Shown here: positions 21,669 through 31,958 of the stretch, piece after piece | Position numbering within the stretch: position 1 is the stretch's first letter | How the letters are laid out: each line of letters opens with the position of its first letter | From: an uncultured Gemmatimonadales bacterium | GTDB taxonomy: Bacteria > Gemmatimonadota > Gemmatimonadetes > Longimicrobiales > Gaopeijiaceae | Direction of reading: 5' to 3' | DNA: 64,000 bases | Assembly (NCBI GenBank): GCA_963809895.1 | Contig: CAWELD010000003.1 | Span: forward strand, 3,136,001 to 3,200,000 | Notes under the pieces: model-generated | The model's input: the letters and a program-made list of their open reading frames with translations, nothing else | The model's database searches: none | What the model was told of the DNA's origin: nothing | Made by a program: the position numbers and the translations under genes

Positions 21669-22146
21669 ACGTCGTCAGCTATCTGGTCTGGGGCAGCGTC
21701 GCCTCGCTGGTCATGGTGGGAGGCATGCGCACCGCGCAGGGTATCGGACTCTCACGCATGAGCCTGACCTTCATCCTGGGAACCGCATGGAGCGCCGACC
21801 GCTCCCGGGCGGCTGTGGCGGGCCTCGTCATCCACGTGCTCAGCGGCCTCGCCTTCGGACTCGTCTACGTGTCTCGCCTTCGAGTCGATCGGGAAGAGCC
21901 AATTGGTGGATCGGCGCGCTGGGCGGGGTGGGTCACGCCTTCCTGGTGCTCACCGTCCTGATCCCGGTACTGCCTTACGTGCACCCCCGCATGGCCTATC
22001 CACAGCAGGGGCCCACGCCCACCCGCTGGCTCCAGCCACCGGGCCTGCTGGCCCTCAACTACGGGCGGCGCACTCCTTTCGTCATCCTCGTCACCCACGC
22101 GATGTACGGAGCGATCCTCGGAGGATTCTATGAGCTCGCTCACTGA
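21665..22146 (+). CDS. Small multi-pass membrane protein (frameshift at ~21875)
   Basis: ATGA overlap with the GH15 stop; hydrophobic segments; HPRMA...PGLLALNYGRRTP...HAMYGAILGGFY. Confidence 0.7.
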
Positions 22147-23627
22147 CGGCGGCCTGCTGGTCGCCTCCAACCGTCTTCCTCTCACGCTGGAACGGCAACC
22201 CGACGGCACCTGGGTTCGAGAACCGGGAAGCGGGGGATTGGTTACCGCCCTGGGGCCCGTACTCGCCAAGGAGGGCGGCGTGTGGGTGGGGTGGCCCGGT
22301 GTCCTCGCGGAGGAGGTCGACGATGTCGAGGCACTGGTGCGGGACATCTGCGCCGACGAACCGTACCGAGTAGAGCCGGTGGCGCTCACGGAAGAGGAGC
22401 GGTCGGACTTCTACCTGGGATTCTCCAACGAGATTCTGTGGCCGCTGTGCCACGGCTTCCCGGGCCGCTGCCGCTTCGAGCCGCGCTACTGGCGCGTGTA
22501 TCGCCGGGTCAACCAGAAGTTCGCCGAAGCCATCCTCTCCGCGAGCTCGAACAGCCGCCTCGTCTGGGTCCACGACTACCACCTCATGGCCGTGGCCGAG
22601 TACCTGCGCGCCGAGGGCTTCGACAAGCGCTGCGGCTACTTCCATCACATCCCCTTTCCGCCTCGGGACATCTTCGGACACCTGCCCTGGGCCGACGAGG
22701 TGCTGCGCTCCCTGCTGGATTACGACTTGTTGGGATTCCAGACCAATCGCGACCGGCAGAACTTCTTCGACTGCCTGGAGCTTCTGGGCGACGACGTCAC
22801 GGCGCCGGACGAGGAGTCCGTGATCGGTCCTTCCGGGCGCCGCACCCGAGTCGGCGTGTTCCCCATCTCGGTGGACTGGCAGGTCTTCCACGGCGGGGCC
22901 CTCCAGGAGACGGTGGCGCATCGGGCGAGGCGGTTCCGCGAGGAGTTCGGCGGCAATCGCATCCTCATCGGCGTGGACCGCCTCGACTACACCAAGGGGA
23001 TTCCGGAGCGGCTGGCCGGCATGGAGCGGGCGCTGGAGCGCTTCCCCGACCTCCGGGAGCGCATCACCCTCGTGCAGCTCGTGGTGCCCGAGCCGGGAGA
23101 GCATTCCCGAGTACGAGCGCATGAAGTCCGAGATCGAGGAGACGGTGGGCCGCATCAACGGCCGCTTCACCCGAGGCGCCTGGGTGCCCATCGTCTACCG
23201 CTTCGACTCGCTGGAGCGACGTGACCTGCTGGCGCTCTACCGTGCCGCGGACGTGGCGCTCGTGACGCCGCTGAACGACGGCATGAACCTGGTCGCCAAG
23301 GAGTTCGTCGCCGCCAGCGTCGACGGGCGGGGCGTGCTGGTCCTCAGCACCTTCGCCGGCGCCGCCGAGGAGCTGTCCACCGGCGCCATCGAGGTGAATC
23401 CCAACGACATCGAGGCCGTCGCTGAGGCCATCCACCAGGCCGCGACCATGCCCGCCGATGAGCAGCGGGCGCGGCTTCAGCGCATGCAGGACCGGGTGCG
23501 CGAGTACGACGTGCACGCCTGGGTGCGGGCGTACCTGGCGCCGCCGAGACGGCGAGGCCCGAGCCGCCGAGCCCGACCCGGTGGCACCTCACCCGCCGTG
23601 TCGTCGTCAGGCGCGGAGTACGGGTAG
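22130..23627 (+). CDS. otsA: Trehalose-6-phosphate synthase (GT20), one frameshift at ~23095
   Basis: VASNRLP, SGGLVTAL, WVGWPG, WVHDYHL, FHHIPFP, GVDRLDYTKGIPERL, VTPLNDGMNLVAKEFVA. The 3' end is uncertain. Confidence 0.9.
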
Positions 23628-25978
23628 AATTCGGTCCACTTCAGCTTGAACTCGACGTCCTCGTTCGTGGCGCTGCGGTCGCCGCTGTCGATGACGAAGG
23701 TGTCGTCGTCGAGATCGGCGTCGAAGCATCCCAGCAGGCCCTTCATGCGGTCGGCCAGATCCGGGAAGATCAGCGCCGGGAAGCCCGTGGACTCCTGGGT
23801 GCCCTGCGACGTCGTGACGCGGATTCCGACCTGCCCCCAGACCGCGAGGCAGATCTCGGCCTTCCCGGCGTCGGGGTCCAGGCGCACGCTTCCCCCCATG
23901 GCCGAGCTGGTCAGCGGAAAGATCCCCTGGTCCACCTCCGCTTTGGGGATCATCTGCATGTCGTAGGAGCCGTACCAGGTCTCGGTGGCTCCGCTGGGCG
24001 CGGTGTAGGTGCCCGATCCCACGCTGGTGCCGGTGGAGGCCGGGTTCACGTACACGGGCACCTCGCGGAAACGCGGGTCGTCGGTGATGTCGTCGCGGAA
24101 CGCATGCACGTCGGCGCGGAAGCGGATCTCCATGGTGGCGGTCGCCTTCAGGCTGCCCAGGGCTTCGGTGGTGACCGTGACCGTGCCCCGCCATTCGGTG
24201 AGCGGCGTCTCGTTGCTTTTCACCGCGCCCGGCTTCTTGACCACCACCGCCCCCGCCGACCCTGTGCCCTCGAAGGGGACGCGCGCCTCGATGGTCTCGT
24301 TGGACCAGCTGTCGATGGACACCGACGAGCCCTCGACCTCGACGGTACCCTGCTCATCACCGAAGAGCCCCTGGAGGGTGAGTTTGCCCGTGCCTTCGGC
24401 CACGTCGTCCACCACGTCCATGTAGCGGATGCTGGGGGCCAGCGTCGCGCGATCTCCCACGTCGTCGAAGACCACGTTGACCTCGTTGCCCCCGAAGCCG
24501 ATGCCCAGCACGCTCATGCTGGGCCGCGTGAACTGGAGCAGCCCCTCTTCCTGCATGGCCTGGTGGACCTTCTGGATGTCGAAGGGCCGGAGCGGCGGAT
24601 CCTCCTTCTCGTACTGGTTCGCACCCAGGATGCGGTCGAAGAAGTAGAGCACGCTGGGCTCGGCGTAGGACCACCAGGTGAGGTTGTCGAAGGCCACCAC
24701 GATCCTGGCGCCGGCACCGAGCATGGTGAGCCGCAGAATGCTGGGGTCCACGATGTCCCCTCCGTTTTTGGAGGCGGGCATGGGACCCGCGCCGCCATAA
24801 CAGGCGTGCAGGAGCACGACGCCCTGATCGAAGGTCCAGTATTTGGCGATGAAGTTCTCCGTGATGGCGAACTTGGTCTGGACCTGGCCGTTCTGGTCCT
24901 GCGCGGTGGAGATCACCAACGAGCCGTCGAGGAGCTCGTCCCTGTAGGCGCTCAGGTCGGAGCCGGCGGTGGTGGAGCTCATGAGGCCGAAGGCATCGCT
25001 CTCGTCCAACGAGCCGTCCTCCTTGCGGCTGAGGCGCTTGTAGGCCACCCCGTGGGTGTCCAGGTGCAGCACGCCCAGATTCTTGTAGTTGCGGTAGTCG
25101 TCCAACGACGTGCCCAGGGAGAGGATGTCGTAGCCGGCGTTGGCCAGCATCTGCCGCACCTTGGACGCCATCTCGGCCCCGCCGTCGAACGCGGTGACCA
25201 CGGCGCGCTTGGAGCCGGGAGGTCCGTCCACCCGGGCCGGCGCCGCGGCGACCGGCGGAGCGACGGGTGCTGCCGTGAGGGTTTCGCTCTCTCCGGGGCC
25301 CGGCGCAGCGCTCGGCGACGCGCCGAAGCTCTCCGAGCCCTCGGGCCGACTGTTGATGAAGAGGTGCATGACCCCGCTGTCCATGAGCGTCTCCACCGAG
25401 AGCTCGGACTCCAGCACGATGACGGTGTCCACCCCGGGCAGCGCACGGATGCCGTCGGCTACGGCCAGCACCTCGTCCAGGAGATTGCGCTGCTCCAGGG
25501 GCGTGCCGGCGGGCGGAAGCACGTCGCCGATGACCTCCTCCACGGAGGCCACGGTCTCGGCCGTCCCCGACAGGGGCGCCGACTGCACCTCCAGGGCCGC
25601 GGTTCCCGACACGCCCTGCACGGTCGCGGTCACGGTGGCCTCGCCGGCGGTGAGGCCCGTCACCAGACCGCTCGTGGAGACCGACGCCACCGACGTCGGC
25701 GCTACGGACCACGTGACCGTGCCCGAGACCGTGCCTCCTGATGCATCGCGGGCCGTGGCGTTCAATTGGACCTGCTCCCCCACCTCGACGCTGGCCGAGC
25801 TCGGTGACACGGTGACCGAAGCCACGCCGCCCCCACCACCTCCGCCGCCCCCACCGCCCCCGCCATCACCACCGCCGTCGGGACCCGTGCCCGAGTCGCC
25901 TCCACAGGTGGCGAGGCCGGCAGCGAGGAGCGAGAAGAAGCACAGCTTGATGGCGCGGCGGACGGATGAATGCGGCAT
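23477..25978 (-). CDS. Lipoprotein with Ig-like (Big_2) domain, clan-CD-like central domain and IPT/TIG-like domain
   Basis: Lipobox-like LATC followed by poly-Gly; VASVTVSP...VTGLTAGEATVTAT (Big_2); LHLDTHG and LLHACYGG; FGDEQGTV...SWSNETIEARVP (IPT). The real stop may be near 23590. Confidence 0.75.
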   Translation of the reverse strand: MPHSSVRRAIKLCFFSLLAAGLATCGGDSGTGPDGGGDGGGGGGGGGGGGGVASVTVSPSSASVEVGEQVQLNATARDASGGTVSGTVTWSVAPTSVASVSTSGLVTGLTAGEATVTATVQGVSGTAALEVQSAPLSGTAETVASVEEVIGDVLPPAGTPLEQRNLLDEVLAVADGIRALPGVDTVIVLESELSVETLMDSGVMHLFINSRPEGSESFGASPSAAPGPGESETLTAAPVAPPVAAAPARVDGPPGSKRAVVTAFDGGAEMASKVRQMLANAGYDILSLGTSLDDYRNYKNLGVLHLDTHGVAYKRLSRKEDGSLDESDAFGLMSSTTAGSDLSAYRDELLDGSLVISTAQDQNGQVQTKFAITENFIAKYWTFDQGVVLLHACYGGAGPMPASKNGGDIVDPSILRLTMLGAGARIVVAFDNLTWWSYAEPSVLYFFDRILGANQYEKEDPPLRPFDIQKVHQAMQEEGLLQFTRPSMSVLGIGFGGNEVNVVFDDVGDRATLAPSIRYMDVVDDVAEGTGKLTLQGLFGDEQGTVEVEGSSVSIDSWSNETIEARVPFEGTGSAGAVVVKKPGAVKSNETPLTEWRGTVTVTTEALGSLKATATMEIRFRADVHAFRDDITDDPRFREVPVYVNPASTGTSVGSGTYTAPSGATETWYGSYDMQMIPKAEVDQGIFPLTSSAMGGSVRLDPDAGKAEICLAVWGQVGIRVTTSQGTQESTGFPALIFPDLADRMKGLLGCFDADLDDDTFVIDSGDRSATNEDVEFKLKWTEFYPYSAPDDDTAGEVPPGRARRLGPRRLGGARYARTQACTSYSRTRSCMR

Positions 25979-26086
25979 GGATGGCGTGGCTGGGGGCTGG
26001 ATGCGTCTGGTGGGGGGCGACAGCGGTCCTACGATCCTCGAACGGGAAAGGGCGCGCCACCCCGACACGCCCCCGCCGCGGTGTGG

Positions 26087-28081
26087 CTACCCGCCCTCCT
26101 CCACCAGCTCGGCGAGCCGCTCCAGGAACGCCCGCACCTCGCCGGGATCCCGCAGCGAGTACCGAGCAGCCGTGGGCCGCGGATCTCGAAGCACGACGAT
26201 GCCCACGCCCGAGTCGCCGAGGGCGAGAAACGCGTCCTCGTCGGTGACGTCGTCGCCGATGTAGAGGGGGATCCGGGGCCGATCTCCGGGCTCGACGGCA
26301 TCCAGGAGCCAGCGCACCGCCCGGCCCTTGTCCCAGTCCACCGTCGGCCGCACCTCGAAGACCTTCTTGCCCTCGGTCATGCGGAGCTCGTCGCTCCCGG
26401 CCGCGGCCGCTCTCACAGCCGCCTCCACCTCGGGCACCCGCGCCGGGTCGACCTGGCGGTAGTGGACCGCCACCGCCCAACCCTTGTCCTCCACGCGCAC
26501 CCCGGAAATCGCCGCGGTCGCGGTGCGCAGCGTCTCGGCCGTGCGGGCGATGAGCGGCTCGATCCGGCCTCCCCCCACCTGCAGCGAGGGTCCGTCGCCC
26601 GGCGCGAGGCCATCGATGTCGAACCCGTGGCTGCCGGCGTAGACCACGCCCTCCACTCCGACCCGGGCCGCCACGTCCGACCGCTCCCTGCCGCTGACGA
26701 CGGCGGTGGGCACCCGGGCGGCGAGCCGACGGAGAACGTTCAGCATGGCGGCGCCGGGGCGGGCCTCGTCCGGGTCCTCCACGATGGGCGCGAGGGTGCC
26801 GTCGAAGTCCAGAAAGACCATGGGGGCACCCCGGGCGAATCGGCTCGCCAGCTCCGGCCAGCGCTCCAGGGCGTTGGCAAGGACGGGCGAGGCGTGGGGG
26901 GCCGCTCCGTCCGCGTCCGACGCGCCCACCCGGTAGCTGCGGCCCTTCCACTCCACGCGCGACCCGCGCATCCAGGCGCGGGCCACGATGACCGCCAGCA
27001 CCAGGTGACCCAGCGGGTAGAGCGTCCCGTAGAGGGGCGAGGCCCCGAAGCGCCAGGTGATCCCGGCCCAGAACGCCATGCTCACGCCGGTGGCGGTGGC
27101 GGCCCAGGGCAGGAGCCCCGCCGGCCCCCAGCCGGCCAGAGCCGCCGCCAGCAGCACGGGCGGCGCCACCCAGAACGCCAATCCCCCGAAGAGCATGGCA
27201 ACGGGCGTCACGGCGCGCAGGAGACCCGGCGGCAGCGTGTCGAGCCCACCGAGGAGGAGGTTCTTGGACCAACCGGCCACCAGCTCACCCAGCGACCGAT
27301 ACATGCGGGTGCCCAGATCGTCCTCGGCCCTCCGCAGGCTGAGGCACATGCCCGCGCCCACGACGCGCTGCGCCAGCTTGAGATCCTCGGCCACCGCTCC
27401 GCGCACCGCCTCGTGTCCGCCCACCGCCTCGTAGGCCTCGCGCCGGAAGAGCAGGAACTGGCCGTTGGCGATGGCGCCCCGCCAGCGCTCCCGTGGCAGC
27501 GGTCGCCGACGATCCGGGTAGCGGAGCAGCATGCTCACGAAGACCTGAGGCTGGACCAACCGCTCCCAGAACGACCCCAGGATCTGACGGCCCACCACGG
27601 TCAGGAGGTCGGCCTCGTCGTCGGCCATACCCGCCACGGCGCGGGTCAGAAGGTCGGGCCCGTGTACCGTGTCGGCGTCGGTGAAGAGCAGGAGGTCTCC
27701 CTCGGCCTCCGACGCTCCCTGATGGCACGCCCAGGGTTTTCCCAGCCAGCCTTCGGGCAGCTCCCGGCCGTCGAGCACCGCCAGGCGGCGGGCGTTGCCC
27801 GGGGGCAGCCCGCGAGCGAGATCCGCCGTGTCGTCCTCGCTGCGGTCGTCCACCACCAGGATCTCGAAATCCGGATAGCGGGCGCGCGTGAGCGATTCGA
27901 GCACCCGCACGATGTTGTGGGATTCGTTGCGGGCGGGAACCACCACCGAGACCAGCGGAAGCGCACCGTCCTCCGCGGCCTCACCACGAGCCGGCGGCAG
28001 CGGCCAAGGCAGCCGGACCAGGAGCACGAAGGCCACCCCGAACAGGAGCCAGGGCAGCGCCAGCAGCAGCGGGGTGGTCAT
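26087..28081 (-). CDS. GT2 glycosyltransferase (HpnB/CruC-like) fused to trehalose-6-phosphate phosphatase (OtsB, HAD)
   Basis: SVVVPARNE, VDDRSED, GWLGKPWAC, LLFTDADT, ANGQF, VAEDL, WKGRSY, then FLDFDGTL, VSGR, AGSHG, GKKVFEVRP, WDKG, YIGDDVTDEDAF in one open frame. Confidence 0.85.
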   Translation of the reverse strand: MTTPLLLALPWLLFGVAFVLLVRLPWPLPPARGEAAEDGALPLVSVVVPARNESHNIVRVLESLTRARYPDFEILVVDDRSEDDTADLARGLPPGNARRLAVLDGRELPEGWLGKPWACHQGASEAEGDLLLFTDADTVHGPDLLTRAVAGMADDEADLLTVVGRQILGSFWERLVQPQVFVSMLLRYPDRRRPLPRERWRGAIANGQFLLFRREAYEAVGGHEAVRGAVAEDLKLAQRVVGAGMCLSLRRAEDDLGTRMYRSLGELVAGWSKNLLLGGLDTLPPGLLRAVTPVAMLFGGLAFWVAPPVLLAAALAGWGPAGLLPWAATATGVSMAFWAGITWRFGASPLYGTLYPLGHLVLAVIVARAWMRGSRVEWKGRSYRVGASDADGAAPHASPVLANALERWPELASRFARGAPMVFLDFDGTLAPIVEDPDEARPGAAMLNVLRRLAARVPTAVVSGRERSDVAARVGVEGVVYAGSHGFDIDGLAPGDGPSLQVGGGRIEPLIARTAETLRTATAAISGVRVEDKGWAVAVHYRQVDPARVPEVEAAVRAAAAGSDELRMTEGKKVFEVRPTVDWDKGRAVRWLLDAVEPGDRPRIPLYIGDDVTDEDAFLALGDSGVGIVVLRDPRPTAARYSLRDPGEVRAFLERLAELVEEGG

Positions 28082-28164
28082 GGCCGCCCGTACCCGTCAG
28101 GACAGGCCGGGTGCCGGCGGCGGACGTCCCCCGACACCCCTTCGACCGCGCCCCCGGTCGCCCC

Positions 28165-29448
28165 TCAGTCGCCGCCGGCCGGCAACCGCTCCACCACCAC
28201 CGTGGGCACGTCCAGCTCGTCGGTCTCGATGCGGGCCGTGAGCCCGTCCGGCCCGAAGGCGTCGGGAATGCGGAGGCCGTCGGGAGGCAGCGTGCCCAGG
28301 TAGCGGCCGTCGGCCGTGACGAGGTCCGTGGGACCGTCCTCGCCCGGCACCCCCGAGCTCCGCTGGACCCAGATCCGCCCCTGGCTGTCGGCCGCGATCG
28401 CTTCGATGACCGGAATCGCCGGGGCGAAGACCATGCTCTCGAGCCGGCCACGCATGAACTCCTTCGCCATCTCCGGATCCACCTCGCCCCCTCCACCGTC
28501 GCTGGTGCTGATCATGAAGCGGGGGCCGTCGCCGGCCTCCACCTCGGCGAGGCGCCGCTCACGCTCCTGGTCCTGGATGGCGTCGGTGACGGGCGTGGGC
28601 TGCACGGGCCGCTCCAGCGTCTCCACCTCGGCTCCGCTTCCGTCCAGGAGCTTGATGCGATAGCCGAACGAATCGGCCACGGCGACGCGCCCGTCGCCCA
28701 GCGCCGCCAGCGCCAGCGGGGGCTCGAAGGCGCGATCCCGGGGGATACGAACCGTGATGCTCCCGCCCAGCGATCCCGGCGCGTCGTCGGTGGGCGGCAG
28801 GTTGAAGGCCCGGTAGAAGGTGGCGGCCGGTGTCTCGCCGTCCAGCGAAACCCGGACCAGCGGACGGGCCGGGGGCAGGGTGTCGGCGCCCTCGTCCTGG
28901 CCCGGTATGACGATGCGCCCCGTGATCGGCGCCAGCAGACTGCCGTCGGGCATGGGCAGGAGGGGCCGCCCGGGCACGCCCAGTTCCTGAAAGCTCAGGC
29001 GCACGTTGCGCAGGTACGCGCCCGTGGTGTCGTAGACCACGAAGCCCTGATGGCCCACGTCGAGGACCGCCACCTCGCCCCCGGTGGTGAGCGCGAAGGA
29101 GACGGGCGACGCCAGCTCTCCGGGCCCCTGGCCCGGCGTGCCGATGGTGCGCAGGAAGCTCCCGTCCGGCGCCACCACGGTGATGACGCTGGTCTGCGCG
29201 TCCAGGATGTAGAGGTTGCCCCGGGGGTCGAAAGCCACCCCCGAGATGCGGCCGAACCCGGCCCACTCCGGCGCCTCCATCCCCCCGATGCGGTAGACCG
29301 GCGTCGGCGCGAGCGTGAGCGGGTGATCCGGCGTGTCCATGCCCGAGGCAGGACCCGACGCGACGGACTCATTTCCGGCGCAGGCCACGGTCAGGGCGAG
29401 GACGACGAGGGTGGCGCCCAGGGCGAGGCGTCGACGAGATGGGGCCAT
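28165..29448 (-). CDS. 6-bladed beta-propeller lipoprotein
   Basis: Lipobox TVAC; GNLYILD, GTPGQGPGEL, DSQGRIWV, DGRYLG motifs. Confidence 0.8.
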   Translation of the reverse strand: MAPSRRRLALGATLVVLALTVACAGNESVASGPASGMDTPDHPLTLAPTPVYRIGGMEAPEWAGFGRISGVAFDPRGNLYILDAQTSVITVVAPDGSFLRTIGTPGQGPGELASPVSFALTTGGEVAVLDVGHQGFVVYDTTGAYLRNVRLSFQELGVPGRPLLPMPDGSLLAPITGRIVIPGQDEGADTLPPARPLVRVSLDGETPAATFYRAFNLPPTDDAPGSLGGSITVRIPRDRAFEPPLALAALGDGRVAVADSFGYRIKLLDGSGAEVETLERPVQPTPVTDAIQDQERERRLAEVEAGDGPRFMISTSDGGGGEVDPEMAKEFMRGRLESMVFAPAIPVIEAIAADSQGRIWVQRSSGVPGEDGPTDLVTADGRYLGTLPPDGLRIPDAFGPDGLTARIETDELDVPTVVVERLPAGGD

Positions 29449-29605
29449 GGTGTATGCGCCTGGCTGGGGGGAGCGTCTGCCGATGGGAACGCGGTGGCTT
29501 CGAGAGGGTTTGGTGAGCCACGGAGCCCCGGGGTTGCCCGAGCCACCCTCCGGGTCCCGGTTCACCGGTGTCGATTCTCACCCCACATCCGCGGGAACGC
29601 CAGCC

Positions 29606-30757
29606 ATGGCCGCAAGCGCCGGTCCGCTCCTGGACGTCGACGCCCTCCGGGCCCACTACCCCATCCTGGGGCGCTCCGTCTACCTGAATTCGTGCTCGCT
29701 GGGCGCCCTCTCGGACCGGGCGGAGCAGTATCTGGACGACTTCCGCGAGCGCTGGCACGCCATGGGCGCCTCGGCCTGGTACGAGGACTGGCTCGCGCGG
29801 CTGGACCTGCTGCGAGGTCGGGTGGCCGCGCTGCACGGGGCGGGCACCGACGAGGTGGCGCTCCTGCCCTCGACCTCGGCGGCGCTCTCGGTGCTGGCCG
29901 AGTCCGTCGAGCCCGGCGGGCGCAACCGGGTCGTCTGTACCGAGCTGGACTTCCCCACCCTGGCCTACCAGTGGGCGGTGAAGCCCGAGATGGAGCTGGT
30001 GGTGCTCCGGAGCGCCGACGGGATCGGCATCGACCCCGAGCAGTTCGAGGCGGCGGTGGACGAGCGCACCCTCTTCGTGGCCACCTCGCACGTCTTCTTC
30101 TCCACCGGCTACGTGCAGGACATCGGTCGGTTGGCCGCCATCGCCCACCGCGCCGGTGCCTACTGCGTCATCGACGGCTACCAGGCCGCCGGACAGATCC
30201 CGGTGGACGTGGCCACGGCCGGCGTCGACGCCTACACCTCGGGACCCCTCAAGTGGCTGTGCGGCGGGCCTGGCCTGGCGTACCTGTACGTGCGGGGCGA
30301 TCGCATCCCCGAGCTTCAGCCCCGCATCACGAGCTGGTTCGCCACCCAGGGCCAGTTCGGCTTCGAGCTGGAGGGATTCCGCTTCCGCGACGACGCCCGC
30401 CGCTTCGAGCTGGGCACCCCGGCGCTCCCCACGGTCCACACGGCGCTGGGCGGTCAGGAGCTGCTGGAGGAGGTGGGATGGGATGCGGTATTCGCCCGCA
30501 ACCGTGCGTTGACCCGATGCCTGGTAGAGCGCGCGCGGGGGGCCGGCTTCGAGCTGCGTACCGCCGACGACGAAGCGCGGCGCTCGGCCATCGTCATGGT
30601 GGCCCACGACGATCCCGCGGGTGCGGTGACGCACCTGGCGAGCCAGGGCATCATCGTCGATCACCGGCCCGGACACGTGCGCATCAGCCCCCACGTCTAC
30701 AACACCGAAGACGAGATCGACCAGGCCGTCGAGGTGCTGGCGGCCTTCGGGCGCTGA
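29606..30757 (+). CDS. Aminotransferase class V PLP enzyme (kynureninase/cysteine desulfurase-like)
   Basis: YLNSCSLG, IDGYQAAG, GPLKWLCGGPG (PLP lysine), RFELGTP, RISPHVYN. Confidence 0.88.
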   Translation: MAASAGPLLDVDALRAHYPILGRSVYLNSCSLGALSDRAEQYLDDFRERWHAMGASAWYEDWLARLDLLRGRVAALHGAGTDEVALLPSTSAALSVLAESVEPGGRNRVVCTELDFPTLAYQWAVKPEMELVVLRSADGIGIDPEQFEAAVDERTLFVATSHVFFSTGYVQDIGRLAAIAHRAGAYCVIDGYQAAGQIPVDVATAGVDAYTSGPLKWLCGGPGLAYLYVRGDRIPELQPRITSWFATQGQFGFELEGFRFRDDARRFELGTPALPTVHTALGGQELLEEVGWDAVFARNRALTRCLVERARGAGFELRTADDEARRSAIVMVAHDDPAGAVTHLASQGIIVDHRPGHVRISPHVYNTEDEIDQAVEVLAAFGR

Positions 30758-30834
30758 CGGCCGCCTGGACGAAGGAGCTTCTCCCGCCGGCCCCACCCGG
30801 TGTAGCGTTCAGGAAACCATCCCCGTCTCGCCTC

Positions 30835-31497
30835 ATGGGAGCGCCCGTGCGCCCACATCTCCTCACCGTCGCCCTCCTCCCCCTGCTCGCGGCCTCGCCG
30901 GTGGCCGCCCAGGGGTCGCGCCTCGTCTTCAAGGCCGGAACCACCGGGCTCGGAGCCGATGTGGCCATTCCCATGTCGCCGCGCACCGTCTTCCGCGCCG
31001 GAATCGGTTTCCTGCCCTTCGATTACCACGGCACGCTCAACGACACCGAATACACCATCGATCCGCCGGGCCGTTTTCTCACGGCGCAGCTCGACGTGTC
31101 GTTGGCCGGGCCGCTCCGCGTCATGGGGGGATTCCTGAAGCGCTCCGATCCCATCCGCATGAAGGCCGACGTGAAGGCGGGCGACCAGGTCGGTGACGCC
31201 ACCTTCGCTGCCGACGGCACCCTGAAGGGATCGTTGGACAGCCGCGGCACGGCGCCCTTCCTGGGGATCGGGTTCGGGCGGGTGACCGCGGCCGGCAGCG
31301 GGTTCTTCCTGGACCTGGCCGTGGCGTTCACCGGGGAGCCCACGCTGGAGCTCAGCGGCGAGGGCCCCATCACCGAGGAGCCGGACTTCGACGAGGAGCT
31401 GGAGAAGGAGCGTGCGCGGGCGCAGGACGACCTGAGCCGCTACTACCGCTACTGGCCCATCCTGAGCGTGGGATTCCGACTGGGCGTGGGGCGGTAG
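30835..31497 (+). CDS. Secreted, probable outer-membrane beta-barrel protein
   Basis: Signal peptide ending PVAA-Q, AGTTGLGAD, APFLGIGFG, C-terminal YWPILSVGFRL strand. Confidence 0.7.
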   Translation: MGAPVRPHLLTVALLPLLAASPVAAQGSRLVFKAGTTGLGADVAIPMSPRTVFRAGIGFLPFDYHGTLNDTEYTIDPPGRFLTAQLDVSLAGPLRVMGGFLKRSDPIRMKADVKAGDQVGDATFAADGTLKGSLDSRGTAPFLGIGFGRVTAAGSGFFLDLAVAFTGEPTLELSGEGPITEEPDFDEELEKERARAQDDLSRYYRYWPILSVGFRLGVGR

Positions 31498-31528
31498 CTC
31501 GGGGCGGACGCGGCCTCGGACGGAGGCC

Positions 31529-31876
31529 TCAGGCAGGAGGGTCGTGAGCGTCGGGCGTCTCGTCCTTGCGGGCCCAGCGCTCCGAATCCCGCAGCCGGTA
31601 TTTCTCCAGCGTCCGCTCCAGCGCGTCCTGGAGGTCGATCTCCTGCTCGTTGGCCAGCACCAGCAGGACGAAGAGCACGTCGGCCAGCTCCAGCGCCAGG
31701 TCCTGCTCGGGCTCGTCGGGCTTCTTGGTCTTGGGGCCGTAGCGGTGGTTCAGGATGCGGGCCAGCTCGCCCACCTCTTCGGTGAGTCGGGCCAGGTTCA
31801 CCAGCGGCGGCCAGTAGCCCTCCTCGAACTGCCCGATCCAGGCATCGACCCGGGCCTGGGCGTCTCTCAGGTCCAT
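31529..31876 (-). CDS. MazG-like nucleotide pyrophosphohydrolase (YpjD family)
   Basis: ARLTEEVGELAR...ELADVLFVL...KYRLRDSERW. Confidence 0.88.
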   Translation of the reverse strand: MDLRDAQARVDAWIGQFEEGYWPPLVNLARLTEEVGELARILNHRYGPKTKKPDEPEQDLALELADVLFVLLVLANEQEIDLQDALERTLEKYRLRDSERWARKDETPDAHDPPA

Positions 31877-31958
31877 GGATGCGCCCGGGATGTGAGGGCA
31901 GATTCCCACCCAGGGGTAGGCCCGGCGTCGCAATGGACTGTCCCGGTGTCGCAACCCG

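Noticed and set aside
23477..23627. 150-bp convergent overlap of otsA and the lipoprotein
   Set aside because: Both tails are low-complexity; a single indel near 23590 would stop the lipoprotein earlier, so an error is likely.
25820..25880. Poly-Gly/poly-Pro tract
   Set aside because: Ordinary flexible linker after a lipoprotein signal.
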